Source: Escherichia coli
GTDB lineage: Bacteria > Pseudomonadota > Gammaproteobacteria > Enterobacterales > Enterobacteriaceae
Length of the DNA stretch: 64,000 bases
NCBI RefSeq assembly: GCF_050920415.1
Contig: NZ_CP169309.1
Reading direction: 5' to 3' (one strand)
Both the position numbers and the translations under genes were made by a program. Below the pieces are notes generated by a model, which had not been told where the DNA came from, searched no databases, and worked only from the letters and a program-made list of their open reading frames with translations. This document shows, in pieces, positions 48,739-61,248 of the stretch; the stretch's first letter is position 1; every line of letters begins with the position of its first letter.

Positions 48739-49643
48739 TTTCCGCTTCGCTGCAACAACGTAAAACTCGCACCCGCCGCAGCATGTTGTTTGTGCCTGGT
48801 GCCAATGCCGCGATGGTCAGCAACTCATTCATCTACCCGGCTGATGCCCTGATGTTTGACCTCGAAGACTCCGTAGCATTGCGTGAAAAAGACACCGCCC
48901 GCCGCATGGTTTACCACGCGCTGCAACATCCGCTGTATCGCGATATTGAAACCATTGTGCGTGTAAACGCGCTGGATTCCGAATGGGGTGTCAACGACCT
49001 GGAAGCCGTCGTTCGCGGTGGTGCGGACGTTGTGCGTCTGCCGAAAACCGATACCGCTCAGGATGTTCTGGATATCGAAAAAGAGATCCTGCGTATCGAA
49101 AAAGCCTGTGGTCGTGAACCCGGCAGTACCGGCTTGCTGGCGGCGATTGAATCTCCGCTGGGCATTACCCGCGCAGTGGAAATCGCTCACGCTTCCGAGC
49201 GTTTGATCGGTATCGCCCTCGGTGCAGAAGACTATGTGCGCAACCTGCGTACAGAACGCTCCCCGGAAGGAACTGAACTGCTGTTCGCTCGCTGCTCCAT
49301 TTTGCAGGCCGCGCGATCTGCGGGTATTCAGGCGTTCGATACCGTCTATTCTGACGCAAACAACGAAGCCGGATTCCTGCAAGAAGCCGCCCACATCAAA
49401 CAGCTGGGCTTTGACGGCAAATCGCTGATCAACCCGCGTCAGATTGATCTGCTGCACAACCTCTACGCACCGACCCAGAAAGAAGTGGATCACGCCCGCC
49501 GCGTCGTAGAAGCCGCTGAAGCCGCCGCTCGCGAAGGCCTCGGCGTGGTTTCCCTGAACGGCAAGATGGTGGACGGTCCGGTTATCGATCGCGCCCGTCT
49601 GGTGCTCTCCCGCGCAGAACTTTCCGGCATCCGCGAAGAATAA
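48735..49643 (+). CDS. citE: Citrate lyase beta subunit (citryl-CoA lyase)
   Basis: 302 aa from [10 protein letters not shown]; overlaps the citD stop. Confidence 0.93.
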
Positions 49644-49653
49644 GGCAATCAAA

Positions 49654-51186
49654 ATGACGCAGAAAATTGAACAATCTCAACGACAAGAACGGGTAGCGGC
49701 CTGGAATCGTCGCGCTGAATGCGATCTTGCCGCTTTCCAGAACTCGCCAAAGCAAACCTACCAGGCTGAAAAAGCGCGCGATCGCAAACTGTGCGCCAAC
49801 CTGGAAGAAGCGATTCGTCGCTCTGGTTTACAGGACGGCATGACGGTTTCCTTCCATCACGCTTTCCGTGGCGGTGACCTGACCGTCAATATGGTGATGG
49901 ACGTCATCGCGAAGATGGGCTTTAAAAACCTGACTCTGGCCTCCAGCTCCCTGAGTGATTGCCATGCGCCGCTGGTAGAACACATTCGCCAGGGCGTGGT
50001 TACCCGCATTTATACCTCTGGCCTGCGCGGTCCACTGGCGGAAGAAATCTCCCGTGGTCTGCTGGCGGAACCGGTGCAAATCCACTCTCACGGCGGACGT
50101 GTGCATCTGGTACAGAGCGGCGAACTGAATATCGATGTGGCTTTCCTCGGCGTCCCGTCCTGTGATGAATTCGGTAATGCCAACGGCTACACCGGTAAAG
50201 CCTGCTGCGGCTCCCTCGGCTATGCAATGGTTGATGCCGACAACGCAAAACAGGTCGTGATGCTTACCGAAGAACTGCTGCCTTATCCGCATAATCCGGC
50301 AAGCATTGAGCAAGATCAGGTTGATCTGATCGTCAAAGTCGATCGCGTTGGCGATGCTGCAAAAATCGGCGCTGGTGCTACCCGTATGACCACTAACCCG
50401 CGCGAACTGCTTATTGCCCGTAGCGCTGCGGATGTGATTGTCAACTCAGGCTACTTTAAAGAAGGTTTCTCCATGCAGACCGGCACCGGCGGCGCATCGC
50501 TGGCGGTAACCCGTTTCCTGGAAGACAAAATGCGTAGCCGCGATATTCGCGCCGACTTCGCCCTTGGCGGTATTACCGCAACGATGGTTGATCTGCACGA
50601 AAAAGGTCTGATCCGCAAACTGCTGGATGTACAGAGCTTTGACAGCCACGCTGCACAATCGCTGGCCCGTAACCCCAATCACATCGAAATCAGCGCCAAC
50701 CAGTACGCTAACTGGGGTTCAAAAGGTGCATCGGTTGATCGTCTCGACGTGGTGGTACTGAGCGCGCTGGAAATTGACACCCAGTTCAACGTTAACGTGC
50801 TGACCGGCTCTGACGGCGTACTGCGTGGCGCTTCCGGTGGTCACTGCGATACCGCGATTGCCTCTGCACTTTCCATCATCGTCGCACCGCTGGTACGCGG
50901 TCGTATTCCGACTCTGGTGGATAACGTGCTGACCTGCATCACCCCGGGCTCCAGTGTCGATATTCTGGTCACAGACCACGGTATCGCAGTTAACCCGGCA
51001 CGTCCGGAACTGGCAGAACGTCTGCAGGAAGCGGGGATCAAAGTGGTTTCTATTGAGTGGCTGCGTGAACGTGCGCGTCTGCTGACCGGTGAACCACAGC
51101 CGATTGAATTCACCGACCGCGTCGTTGCCGTTGTGCGTTACCGCGATGGCTCGGTGATCGATGTTGTGCATCAGGTGAAGGAATAA
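49654..51186 (+). CDS. citF: Citrate lyase alpha subunit (citrate CoA-transferase)
   Basis: 510 aa. Confidence 0.95.
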   Translation: MTQKIEQSQRQERVAAWNRRAECDLAAFQNSPKQTYQAEKARDRKLCANLEEAIRRSGLQDGMTVSFHHAFRGGDLTVNMVMDVIAKMGFKNLTLASSSLSDCHAPLVEHIRQGVVTRIYTSGLRGPLAEEISRGLLAEPVQIHSHGGRVHLVQSGELNIDVAFLGVPSCDEFGNANGYTGKACCGSLGYAMVDADNAKQVVMLTEELLPYPHNPASIEQDQVDLIVKVDRVGDAAKIGAGATRMTTNPRELLIARSAADVIVNSGYFKEGFSMQTGTGGASLAVTRFLEDKMRSRDIRADFALGGITATMVDLHEKGLIRKLLDVQSFDSHAAQSLARNPNHIEISANQYANWGSKGASVDRLDVVVLSALEIDTQFNVNVLTGSDGVLRGASGGHCDTAIASALSIIVAPLVRGRIPTLVDNVLTCITPGSSVDILVTDHGIAVNPARPELAERLQEAGIKVVSIEWLRERARLLTGEPQPIEFTDRVVAVVRYRDGSVIDVVHQVKE

Positions 51187-51189
51187 GCC

Positions 51190-52594
<1,405 letters not shown>

Positions 52595-52644
52595 TTATTT
52601 AAGCACTTGATAAATTTGGAAATATTAATTTTCGGAGAACCCGT

Positions 52645-54108
52645 ATGTCTTTAGCAAAAGATAATATATGGAAACTATTGGCCCCACTGGTGGTGATGGG
52701 CGTCATGTTTCTTATCCCTGTCCCCGACGGTATGCCACCGCAGGCATGGCATTACTTCGCTGTGTTTGTGGCAATGATTGTCGGCATGATCCTCGAGCCA
52801 ATTCCGGCAACAGCGATCAGTTTTATTGCGGTTACTATTTGCGTTATTGGCAGTAATTACCTTCTCTTTGATGCCAAAGAATTAGCTGACCCAGCGTTTA
52901 ATGCGCAAAAACAGGCGCTGAAATGGGGTCTGGCTGGTTTTTCCAGCACCACGGTATGGCTGGTATTTGGCGCATTTATTTTTGCATTAGGGTATGAAGT
53001 TTCCGGGTTAGGTCGTCGCATTGCCCTTTTCCTGGTGAAATTCATGGGCAAACGCACGCTGACGTTAGGTTATGCGATAGTCATTATCGACATTCTGCTG
53101 GCACCGTTTACACCGTCCAACACCGCGCGTACCGGGGGTACGGTTTTTCCGGTCATTAAAAACCTGCCGCCGCTGTTTAAATCATTCCCGAACGATCCGT
53201 CCGCGCGTCGTATTGGCGGCTATTTGATGTGGATGATGGTCATTAGTACCAGTCTGAGTTCGTCCATGTTTGTCACCGGTGCGGCACCAAACGTGCTGGG
53301 TCTGGAGTTCGTCAGCAAAATTGCCGGCATCCAGATTAGCTGGTTGCAGTGGTTCCTCTGCTTCCTGCCGGTTGGCGTTATCTTACTTATCATTGCGCCG
53401 TGGCTTTCCTACGTGCTTTACAAACCGGAAATCACACACAGTGAAGAAGTAGCAACCTGGGCGGGTGATGAACTAAAAACCATGGGTGCGCTGACACGCA
53501 GAGAGTGGACGCTGATTGGCCTTGTATTGCTCAGCTTAGGTTTGTGGGTATTTGGCAGTGAAGTCATTAATGCTACTGCGGTAGGTCTGCTGGCAGTTTC
53601 GCTAATGCTGGCCCTGCACGTTGTGCCGTGGAAAGACATTACCCGCTATAACAGCGCATGGAACACGCTGGTCAACCTGGCAACTTTGGTTGTGATGGCT
53701 AATGGCCTGACTCGTTCTGGCTTTATTGACTGGTTCGCCGGTACCATGAGTACGCACCTGGAAGGATTCTCACCAAACGCAACGGTGATTGTACTGGTTC
53801 TGGTGTTCTACTTTGCGCACTACCTGTTTGCCAGCCTGTCTGCGCACACCGCAACCATGCTGCCGGTTATTCTGGCCGTCGGTAAAGGTATTCCGGGCGT
53901 ACCAATGGAACAACTGTGTATCCTGCTGGTGCTGTCTATCGGTATCATGGGCTGTCTGACGCCGTATGCAACCGGTCCTGGGGTGATTATTTACGGCTGC
54001 GGCTATGTGAAATCAAAAGATTACTGGCGACTTGGTGCAATCTTCGGGGTGATTTACATCTCTATGTTGCTGTTGGTTGGCTGGCCGATTCTCGCCATGT
54101 GGAACTAA
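52645..54108 (+). CDS. citT: Citrate:succinate antiporter
   Basis: 487-aa polytopic membrane protein, DASS family. Confidence 0.93.
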   Translation: MSLAKDNIWKLLAPLVVMGVMFLIPVPDGMPPQAWHYFAVFVAMIVGMILEPIPATAISFIAVTICVIGSNYLLFDAKELADPAFNAQKQALKWGLAGFSSTTVWLVFGAFIFALGYEVSGLGRRIALFLVKFMGKRTLTLGYAIVIIDILLAPFTPSNTARTGGTVFPVIKNLPPLFKSFPNDPSARRIGGYLMWMMVISTSLSSSMFVTGAAPNVLGLEFVSKIAGIQISWLQWFLCFLPVGVILLIIAPWLSYVLYKPEITHSEEVATWAGDELKTMGALTRREWTLIGLVLLSLGLWVFGSEVINATAVGLLAVSLMLALHVVPWKDITRYNSAWNTLVNLATLVVMANGLTRSGFIDWFAGTMSTHLEGFSPNATVIVLVLVFYFAHYLFASLSAHTATMLPVILAVGKGIPGVPMEQLCILLVLSIGIMGCLTPYATGPGVIIYGCGYVKSKDYWRLGAIFGVIYISMLLLVGWPILAMWN

Positions 54109-54139
54109 TACGTTCGCCAAACGCTGAATAAATCATCAC

Positions 54140-54176
54140 GCCCGCCAGGTAAGCCCACCTGGCGGGCTTTTTTATG
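54140..54176 (+). terminator. Intrinsic terminator after citT
   Basis: gcccgccaggtaagcccacctggcgggc hairpin followed by ttttttat. Confidence 0.75.
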
Positions 54177-54221
54177 ATTTAATAGATAGTATTCAGTGTA
54201 TGTATGAGTTCCACACCCATT

Positions 54222-55028
54222 ATGAAAGCATTCTGGCGTAACGCCGCGTTGCTCGCGGTTTCTCTGCTTCCCTTCTCTTCTGCCAACGCCGTGGCGTTGC
54301 AGGCAAAACAGTATGGCGATTTTGATCGCTATGTCCTGGCCCTCTCCTGGCAAACCGGATTTTGCCAGAGTCAACACGATCGAAATCGTAACGAACGAGA
54401 TGAATGTCGCCTGCAAACCGAAACGACCAACAAAGCTGATTTTCTGACCGTACATGGTCTATGGCCAGGATTGCCTAAATCGGTTGCTGCCCGTGGTGTT
54501 GATGAACGCCGCTGGATGCGCTTCGGTTGCGCTACTCGCCCAATCCCGAATCTGCCAGAAGCACGCGCCAGCCGGATGTGTTCATCGCCGGAAACTGGGT
54601 TATCGCTGGAAACGGCAGCTAAACTAAATGAAGTCATGCCGGGAGCTGGCGGTCGTTCCTGCCTGGAACGTTACGAATATGCCAAACACGGCGTCTGCTT
54701 TGGTTTTGATCCGGACGCTTACTTCGGCACGATGGTACGTCTGAATCAAGAAATTAAAGAGAGCGAAACCGGAAAATTTCTTGCGGATAACTATGGTAAA
54801 ACAGTGAACCGCCGTGATTTTGATGCCGCCTTTGCCAAAAGCTGGGGAAAAGAGAACGTGAAAGCCGTTAAGCTAACGTGCCAGGGTAACCCTGCGTATT
54901 TGACTGAAATTCAGATCTCGATCAAAGCTGACGCCATCAACGCTCCGCTTTCTGCAAACTCATTCTTGCCACAACCACACCCAGGCAACTGTGGCAAAAC
55001 CTTTGTGATTGATAAAGCAGGTTATTAA
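54222..55028 (+). CDS. rna: Periplasmic ribonuclease I (RNase T2 family)
   Basis: 268 aa from MKAFWRNAALLAVSLLPFSSANA signal peptide; HGLWP active-site motif. Confidence 0.93.
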   Translation: MKAFWRNAALLAVSLLPFSSANAVALQAKQYGDFDRYVLALSWQTGFCQSQHDRNRNERDECRLQTETTNKADFLTVHGLWPGLPKSVAARGVDERRWMRFGCATRPIPNLPEARASRMCSSPETGLSLETAAKLNEVMPGAGGRSCLERYEYAKHGVCFGFDPDAYFGTMVRLNQEIKESETGKFLADNYGKTVNRRDFDAAFAKSWGKENVKAVKLTCQGNPAYLTEIQISIKADAINAPLSANSFLPQPHPGNCGKTFVIDKAGY

Positions 55029-55257
55029 TCCTCTGATTTACAAAAGACGCTAATTCGTCTTCCATAAACTATGACGATTAAGATTTATACATAATGCGCT
55101 GCATTGAGGAATTCCCTGAATGTGACGCAAATCACTTCAAAGAGTGAGCAACAGTCAGTATCATCATGTGAGTTAAACCCTCGCCGCCTGACGGTGAGGG
55201 TTTTCTTTTGGGTATGTTTATCTGCGACACTCGCAGTACCGACGACATGGAGTAAAA

Positions 55258-55668
55258 ATGTCCAGACCAACTATCATCATTAACGACCTGGATGCCGAAC
55301 GCATCGATATTCTGCTGGAGCAACCTGCCTATTCTGGTTTGCCAATCGCCGACGCGTTAAACGCAGAGTTGGATCGCGCCCAAATGTGTTCGCCAGAAGA
55401 GATGCCACACGACGTGGTGACAATGAACAGCCGGGTTAAATTCCGCAATCTTAGCGATGGCGAAGTGCGTGTGCGCACGCTGGTGTATCCGGCAAAAATG
55501 ACCGATAGCAATACTCAGCTTTCCGTTATGGCTCCGGTAGGTGCCGCACTGCTGGGGCTGCGCGTTGGCGATTCCATTCACTGGGAACTTCCGGGCGGCG
55601 TTGCAACCCACCTTGAAGTGCTGGAACTCGAATACCAGCCAGAAGCTGCTGGCGACTACCTGCTTTAA
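55258..55668 (+). CDS. rnk: Regulator of nucleoside diphosphate kinase (GreA/GreB-like fold)
   Basis: 136 aa. Confidence 0.93.
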   Translation: MSRPTIIINDLDAERIDILLEQPAYSGLPIADALNAELDRAQMCSPEEMPHDVVTMNSRVKFRNLSDGEVRVRTLVYPAKMTDSNTQLSVMAPVGAALLGLRVGDSIHWELPGGVATHLEVLELEYQPEAAGDYLL

Positions 55669-55810
55669 TCCCATCTGCACAAGCGACAACTCGCTTTGCC
55701 CAGAGGATGCACTCGCATCCTCTTTCCGCTCAAATATCAACCAGATTTATCATTTTGCTCTTAAGCACAGCATTCTAATCTGAACTGGTTATTCATCTGC
55801 GGAACCCCAT

Positions 55811-55900
55811 ATGAGCGAAGCTCTCAGTATCACTGCGTTTTATATATTCATAGCAGCTATTATTGTTGCTGCAGTGCTATACCTTGAACAACGCTGGTAG
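55811..55900 (+). CDS. Possible 29-aa hydrophobic mini-protein (speculative)
   Basis: ATG...TAG ORF encoding MSEALSITAFYIFIAAIIVAAVLYLEQRW, one predicted TM helix; no convincing Shine-Dalgarno. Confidence 0.2.
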   Translation: MSEALSITAFYIFIAAIIVAAVLYLEQRW

Positions 55901-56023
55901 TACCTGGTTTTATTTATTTTCCAGATCAATCGCAAATTCAGATCGAATCAGCCTCGCAAATCATAGATTCATAATCAATAATGTGCTGTTATGTATACAT
56001 GCAAAAACAAGGAGAGAATGCTT

Positions 56024-56452
56024 ATGTACAAAACAATCATTATGCCAGTGGATGTATTTGAAATGGAATTGAGCGACAAAGCTGTTCGCCACGCTGAATT
56101 CCTCGCCCAGGATGATGGAGTTATTCATCTACTTCACGTACTACCGGGGTCAGCCAGCCTGAGCCTGCACCGTTTTGCCGCTGATGTACGTCGTTTTGAA
56201 GAGCATCTGCAACATGAAGCAGAAGAACGTTTGCAAACGATGGTCAGCCACTTCACCATCGATCCTTCCCGCATTAAACAACATGTCCGTTTTGGTAGCG
56301 TGCGGGATGAAGTCAATGAGTTGGCAGAAGAACTGGGGGCTGATGTTGTCGTTATCGGTTCGCGCAACCCATCGATTTCGACCCATCTGTTAGGTTCTAA
56401 CGCCTCAAGCGTTATCCGCCACGCTAATCTGCCTGTACTGGTCGTTCGCTAA
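56024..56452 (+). CDS. uspG: Universal stress protein G
   Basis: 142 aa from [11 protein letters not shown]; the track ORF starts 11 codons upstream. Confidence 0.92.
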   Translation: MYKTIIMPVDVFEMELSDKAVRHAEFLAQDDGVIHLLHVLPGSASLSLHRFAADVRRFEEHLQHEAEERLQTMVSHFTIDPSRIKQHVRFGSVRDEVNELAEELGADVVVIGSRNPSISTHLLGSNASSVIRHANLPVLVVR

Positions 56453-56573
56453 CAGACAAAAATATTTATACCGCCCTGCCCGGAGCCATCCCGGCGGGGC
56501 TTTTTATTGCAATAAAAAAGCCGCCAGGTTTGACCCCGGCGGCTAAGCAATTGCAGGTGAATCTTACTTCTTC

Positions 56574-58139
56574 TTATGCTGTTTTGGTGCGAATCAGGTA
56601 GTCAAAAGCACTCAGAGAGGCTTTGGCACCTTCGCCAGTGGCGATGATGATCTGCTTGTACGGAACCGTCGTACAGTCACCCGCTGCGAACACGCCTTTG
56701 ACGTTGGTTTCGCATTTCGCATCAATGATAATCTCGCCCATGCGGTTACGTTCGACTGCGCCTTCGAGCCAGTTGGTGTTCGGCAGCAGACCAATCTGGA
56801 CAAAAATACCGGCCAGTTTGATGTTGTGAATATCGCCGCTGACACGATCGCGATATTCCAGACCAACAACTTTGCTGCCGTCGCCTTTCACTTCCGTGGT
56901 TTGCGCATTCAGAATAATGTCGACGTTTTTCAGGCTGCGCAGTTTGTCCTGCAGAACCTGGTCGGCTTTCATTTCTGGCGCAAATTCCAGCAGAGTTACG
57001 TGTTCAACGATACCCGCCAGGTCGATTGCCGCTTCCACGCCGGAGTTACCACCGCCGATAACCGCTACGCGTTTGCCTTTAAACAGCGGGCCGTCGCAGT
57101 GCGGGCAGTAGGTCACGCCTTTGGTACGATACTGATCTTCTCCCGGAACATTCATGTTGCGCCATTTTGCACCGGTCGCCACTATAATGCTGCGTGCTTT
57201 CAGTACCGCGCCAGAAGCTGTTTCAATCTGATGCAGGCCACCTTCAACCGCTGCCGGAATCAGTTTGCTGGCGCTCTGGCTGTCGATCACATCAACGTCG
57301 TATTCATCAACATGAACTTTCAGTGCACCTGCCAGTTTTTGGCCTTCGGTCTTCGGTACAGAAATGTAGTTTTCGATATCAACGGTATCGAGGATCTGAC
57401 CACCAAAACGTTCACCCATCAAACCGGTACGGATGCCTTTACGTGCGGAGTAAATTGCTGCCGCTGCACCCGCCGGGCCGGAACCAACGATTAATACGTC
57501 ATAAGCATCACGCTTGTTCAGCTCTTCTGCCGCACGTTTTTCCGCGCCAGTATCAATTTTGGCGACGATTTCGGAAATAGTCATGCGGCCCTGACCAAAC
57601 TCTTTCCCGTTTACGAACACTGCCGGAACGCCCATCACGTTGCGATCGGTGATTTCGTTCTGGAAGGTGCCGCCGTCAATTGCCGTATGCTTGATGCGCG
57701 GGTTCAGTACGCTCATCAGGTTCAGCGCCTGCACCACGTCCGGGCAGTTATGGCAAGAGAGCGAGTAATAGGTTTCGAATTCAAAATCACCGTCAATATG
57801 GCGAATCTGCTCCAGCAAAGACTGCGCTTCTTTTGACGGATGACCACCGGTCCACAACAACGCCAGTACCAGCGAGGTGAACTCGTGGCCCATCGGGGAA
57901 CCTGCAAAACGTGGCCCCTGGTTGGAACCTGGGTTAGTGATCAGGAAAGACGGCTTACGCACCGGCAAGCTGTTATCTTCTTTAAAGGTGACTTTGTCTG
58001 ACAGTTCTGCGATTTCAGCCAACAGTTCCTTGATTTCTGCCGATTTAGCGCTGTCATCCAGCGTGGCAATTAACTCAACAGGCTTGGTCAATTTCTCAAG
58101 GTAAGCCTTGAGTTGAGTTTTCATATTTGTGTCGAGCAT
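56574..58139 (-). CDS. ahpF: Alkyl hydroperoxide reductase subunit F
   Basis: 521 aa from [13 protein letters not shown]; CxxC redox centres (CHNC, CPHC); FAD/NAD GxGxxG motifs. Confidence 0.95.
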   Translation of the reverse strand: MLDTNMKTQLKAYLEKLTKPVELIATLDDSAKSAEIKELLAEIAELSDKVTFKEDNSLPVRKPSFLITNPGSNQGPRFAGSPMGHEFTSLVLALLWTGGHPSKEAQSLLEQIRHIDGDFEFETYYSLSCHNCPDVVQALNLMSVLNPRIKHTAIDGGTFQNEITDRNVMGVPAVFVNGKEFGQGRMTISEIVAKIDTGAEKRAAEELNKRDAYDVLIVGSGPAGAAAAIYSARKGIRTGLMGERFGGQILDTVDIENYISVPKTEGQKLAGALKVHVDEYDVDVIDSQSASKLIPAAVEGGLHQIETASGAVLKARSIIVATGAKWRNMNVPGEDQYRTKGVTYCPHCDGPLFKGKRVAVIGGGNSGVEAAIDLAGIVEHVTLLEFAPEMKADQVLQDKLRSLKNVDIILNAQTTEVKGDGSKVVGLEYRDRVSGDIHNIKLAGIFVQIGLLPNTNWLEGAVERNRMGEIIIDAKCETNVKGVFAAGDCTTVPYKQIIIATGEGAKASLSAFDYLIRTKTA

Positions 58140-58309
58140 GTTTATCTCCTGGGCTTTAAACATCATCATGCAAGCGGCCTCTGCGGCTACCTGGATGCAG
58201 CTTGCATCATGGTGCGGGGAAGAAAATCGGGTGCCGCAGCACCCGATTAATTAGGTGAATTTCCGAACTATTTCGCGCCGGAGTTGGTAGCGCGAAAGAC
58301 AAAGGAAAT

Positions 58310-58873
58310 TTAGATTTTACCAACCAGGTCCAGAGACGGAGCCAGAGTTGCTTCACCTTCTTTCCATTTAGCCGGGCAAACTTCACCTGGGTGAGAAGCT
58401 ACGTACTGTGCTGCTTTGATTTTACGCAGCAGGTCAGACGCGTCACGGCCAATGCCTTCAGCGGTAACTTCGATTGCCTGGATGATACCCTGCGGGTCAA
58501 CAACGAAGGTTGCACGGTCAGCCAGACCTTCATCTTCACGCATGTTGTCGAAGTTACGGGTCAGGGCGCCAGTCGGGTCGCCGATCATCGCATATTTGAT
58601 TTTAGCGATAGTTTCAGAGCTGCTGTGCCATGCTTTGTGGGTGAAGTGAGTATCGGTAGATACTGCGTATACATCTACGCCCAGTTTCTGCAGTTCTTCG
58701 TAGTGGTCAGCAACGTCACCCAGTTCGGTCGGGCATACGAAAGTAAAGTCAGCCGGGTAGAAGAAGAAGACGCTCCAGCGGCCTTCGGTATCTTTTTCGG
58801 TGATTTCGATGAATTCGCCGTTTTTGAATGCCTGGTTTTTAAAAGGTTTAATTTTGGTGTTAATCAAGGACAT
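58310..58873 (-). CDS. ahpC: Alkyl hydroperoxide reductase subunit C (peroxiredoxin)
   Basis: 187 aa; peroxidatic FTFVCPTE motif and resolving C-terminal Cys. Confidence 0.96.
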   Translation of the reverse strand: MSLINTKIKPFKNQAFKNGEFIEITEKDTEGRWSVFFFYPADFTFVCPTELGDVADHYEELQKLGVDVYAVSTDTHFTHKAWHSSSETIAKIKYAMIGDPTGALTRNFDNMREDEGLADRATFVVDPQGIIQAIEVTAEGIGRDASDLLRKIKAAQYVASHPGEVCPAKWKEGEATLAPSLDLVGKI

Positions 58874-59245
58874 CTATACTTCCTCCGTGTTTTCGATGAG
58901 ATGTAAGGTAACCAATTTTTGCCGATTCGGCTAATGCGTTTCCATTATCAAATCGATAAGTTTTACCTTACAACCGTCGTAAGACAACTTTGTGAACTTT
59001 GCACCGCCAGTGGCGATAAAAAGTAAAATGGGCCCCCTTTCCAGGTGACCGTGTAATCTGAACTACCCTTTGGTATCTTCAGCGCCTGCCTGCAGGCTGT
59101 GGTGTTGCCCTTACAAATGCAACAACGACATGGATTACAACACCCTCATAAACAAAGGGCAATCACCTGATCTAAGCTCTTACCTATGACAGTGATAGGT
59201 TATGCCTTTTACTCCATTTTTGCACTGACTGAAAAGGACAAATTA

Positions 59246-59992
59246 ATGTTAAAAAAGATACTTTTACTGGCTCTGCTTCCTACAATCGCCTTTGCAGAGG
59301 AACTTCCTGCTCCGGTAAAAGCGATTGAAAAACAGGGCATTAAGATCATCAAAACGTTCGATGCCCCCGGCGGAATGAAAGGTTATCTCGGCAAGTATCA
59401 GGATATGGGCGTCACCATCTACCTGACTCCAGATGGTAAGCACGCTATCTCTGGTTACATGTACAACGAGAAAGGTGAAAACCTGAGTAACATGCTTATC
59501 GAAAAAGAAATTTATGCGCCAGCCGGACGCGAAATGTGGCAACGGATGGAACAATCGCACTGGCTCCTCGACGGTAAAAAAGACGCGCCAGTCATAGTCT
59601 ACGTTTTCGCCGATCCGTTCTGCCCATATTGTAAACAGTTCTGGCAGCAGGCGCGCCCGTGGGTTGATTCTGGCAAAGTACAGTTGAGAACATTGTTGGT
59701 TGGGGTTATCAAACCAGAAAGTCCGGCGACAGCCGCGGCAATTCTGGCCTCTAAAGATCCCGCAAAAACCTGGCAAGAATATGAAGCCTCTGGCGGCAAA
59801 CTTAAGCTAAATGTGCCTACAAACGTAAGTGCAGAGCAAATGAAAGTGTTAAGCGACAACGAGAAACTCATGGACGATCTGGGGGCAAATGTCACACCGG
59901 CTATCTATTACATGAGTAAGGAAAATACGCTGCAACAGGCCGTGGGGTTGCCCGATCAGAAAACGCTTAATATCATCATGAGAAATAAATAG
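59246..59992 (+). CDS. dsbG: Periplasmic thiol:disulfide interchange protein DsbG
   Basis: 248 aa from [17 protein letters not shown]; CPYC active site; divergent from ahpC. Confidence 0.93.
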   Translation: MLKKILLLALLPTIAFAEELPAPVKAIEKQGIKIIKTFDAPGGMKGYLGKYQDMGVTIYLTPDGKHAISGYMYNEKGENLSNMLIEKEIYAPAGREMWQRMEQSHWLLDGKKDAPVIVYVFADPFCPYCKQFWQQARPWVDSGKVQLRTLLVGVIKPESPATAAAILASKDPAKTWQEYEASGGKLKLNVPTNVSAEQMKVLSDNEKLMDDLGANVTPAIYYMSKENTLQQAVGLPDQKTLNIIMRNK

Positions 59993-60199
59993 AAGGTAAT
60001 TCATGGGTGGTTGAAATACATTCTTGCTTTTCAACCATTCTAAAAACGCATGAATTGCTTCTTCCCCTCCTGACAACTGTGTTACTTTAGAAAAACTTAA
60101 TCCAGAGTTAAGTAATAAAACATAACAAATATAAATAAAACAGTAGAATCATTGATTGCAAGAATGATTTATGGAAAAGATAATATAACGGAGTATGTT

Positions 60200-61102
60200 A
60201 TGGCTAATCTTTATGATTTAAAAAAATTCGACCTCAATTTACTGGTCATATTTGAGTGCATTTATCAACACCTCAGCATTAGCAAAGCAGCAGAATCATT
60301 ATATATAACGCCATCTGCCGTTAGTCAGTCGTTACAACGTTTACGCGTGCAATTTAATGACCCGTTATTCATCCGCTCAGGGAAAGGTATCGCGCCGACT
60401 ACAACAGGGTTAAATCTGCATCACCATCTTGAGAAAAATCTCCGAGGCCTTGAACAAACGATCAATATCGTTAATAAGTCTGAGCTGAAGAAAAATTTTA
60501 TTATCTACGGTCCTCAGCTTATTTCTTGTAGTAATAACAACATGCTAATCCGCTGTCTAAGACAAGATACTTCAATCGATATAGAATGCCATGACATACT
60601 GCTTTCAGCTGAAAACGCTGAAGAATTGTTAGTTCAACGCAAAGCTGACCTGGCAATTACACTGCAACCAGTAATTAGCCGCTCTGTCATCTGCATGCCG
60701 GTACATACTATTCGCAATTCTCTTATATGTAGCAACAAACATCCTCGTATTACCGATACCAGTAACTATGAACAAATTATCGCCGAAGAATTCACCTTGT
60801 TGATATCTAAATCAGCAGGGATTGACGAAATTCAAATGGACATAGATGAACGTTTTATGAACCGTAAAGTTTCATTTCGCAGTTCTTCTTTGTTGACGAT
60901 AATTAATAGTATTTCTGTTACTGACTTATTGGGCATTGTGCCCACCGAACTGTACGATTTACATCGTGATTTTTTGAAGTTACAAGAGATAAAACTGGAA
61001 CGACCACTTCCTACGGTTAAACTTTATATTTCCTATAACAAGGCTTCGTTGAACAACCTTGTCTTCTCACGATTCATAGATCGTTTAAATGATAGCTTCT
61101 GA
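60200..61102 (+). CDS. ybdO: LysR-family transcriptional regulator (AT-rich)
   Basis: 300 aa from MANLYDLKKFDLNLL; LysR HTH closely matching ybeF. Confidence 0.88.
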   Translation: MANLYDLKKFDLNLLVIFECIYQHLSISKAAESLYITPSAVSQSLQRLRVQFNDPLFIRSGKGIAPTTTGLNLHHHLEKNLRGLEQTINIVNKSELKKNFIIYGPQLISCSNNNMLIRCLRQDTSIDIECHDILLSAENAEELLVQRKADLAITLQPVISRSVICMPVHTIRNSLICSNKHPRITDTSNYEQIIAEEFTLLISKSAGIDEIQMDIDERFMNRKVSFRSSSLLTIINSISVTDLLGIVPTELYDLHRDFLKLQEIKLERPLPTVKLYISYNKASLNNLVFSRFIDRLNDSF

Positions 61103-61248
61103 TTTATTACCACGGATAAATGTTATATTACGCATCAATTGATTCATTGTGTGAATATAAAATAATGTGCTCTATCTTGCTTCGTTTACCCTATAATTAG
61201 CGGATTCATCTCACAAGTCACCCAGTAACGTTCAGAGAGCGTTTTCAG

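Noticed and set aside
48825-49652. 275-aa ORF on the minus strand
   Set aside because: Antisense within citE; shadow ORF
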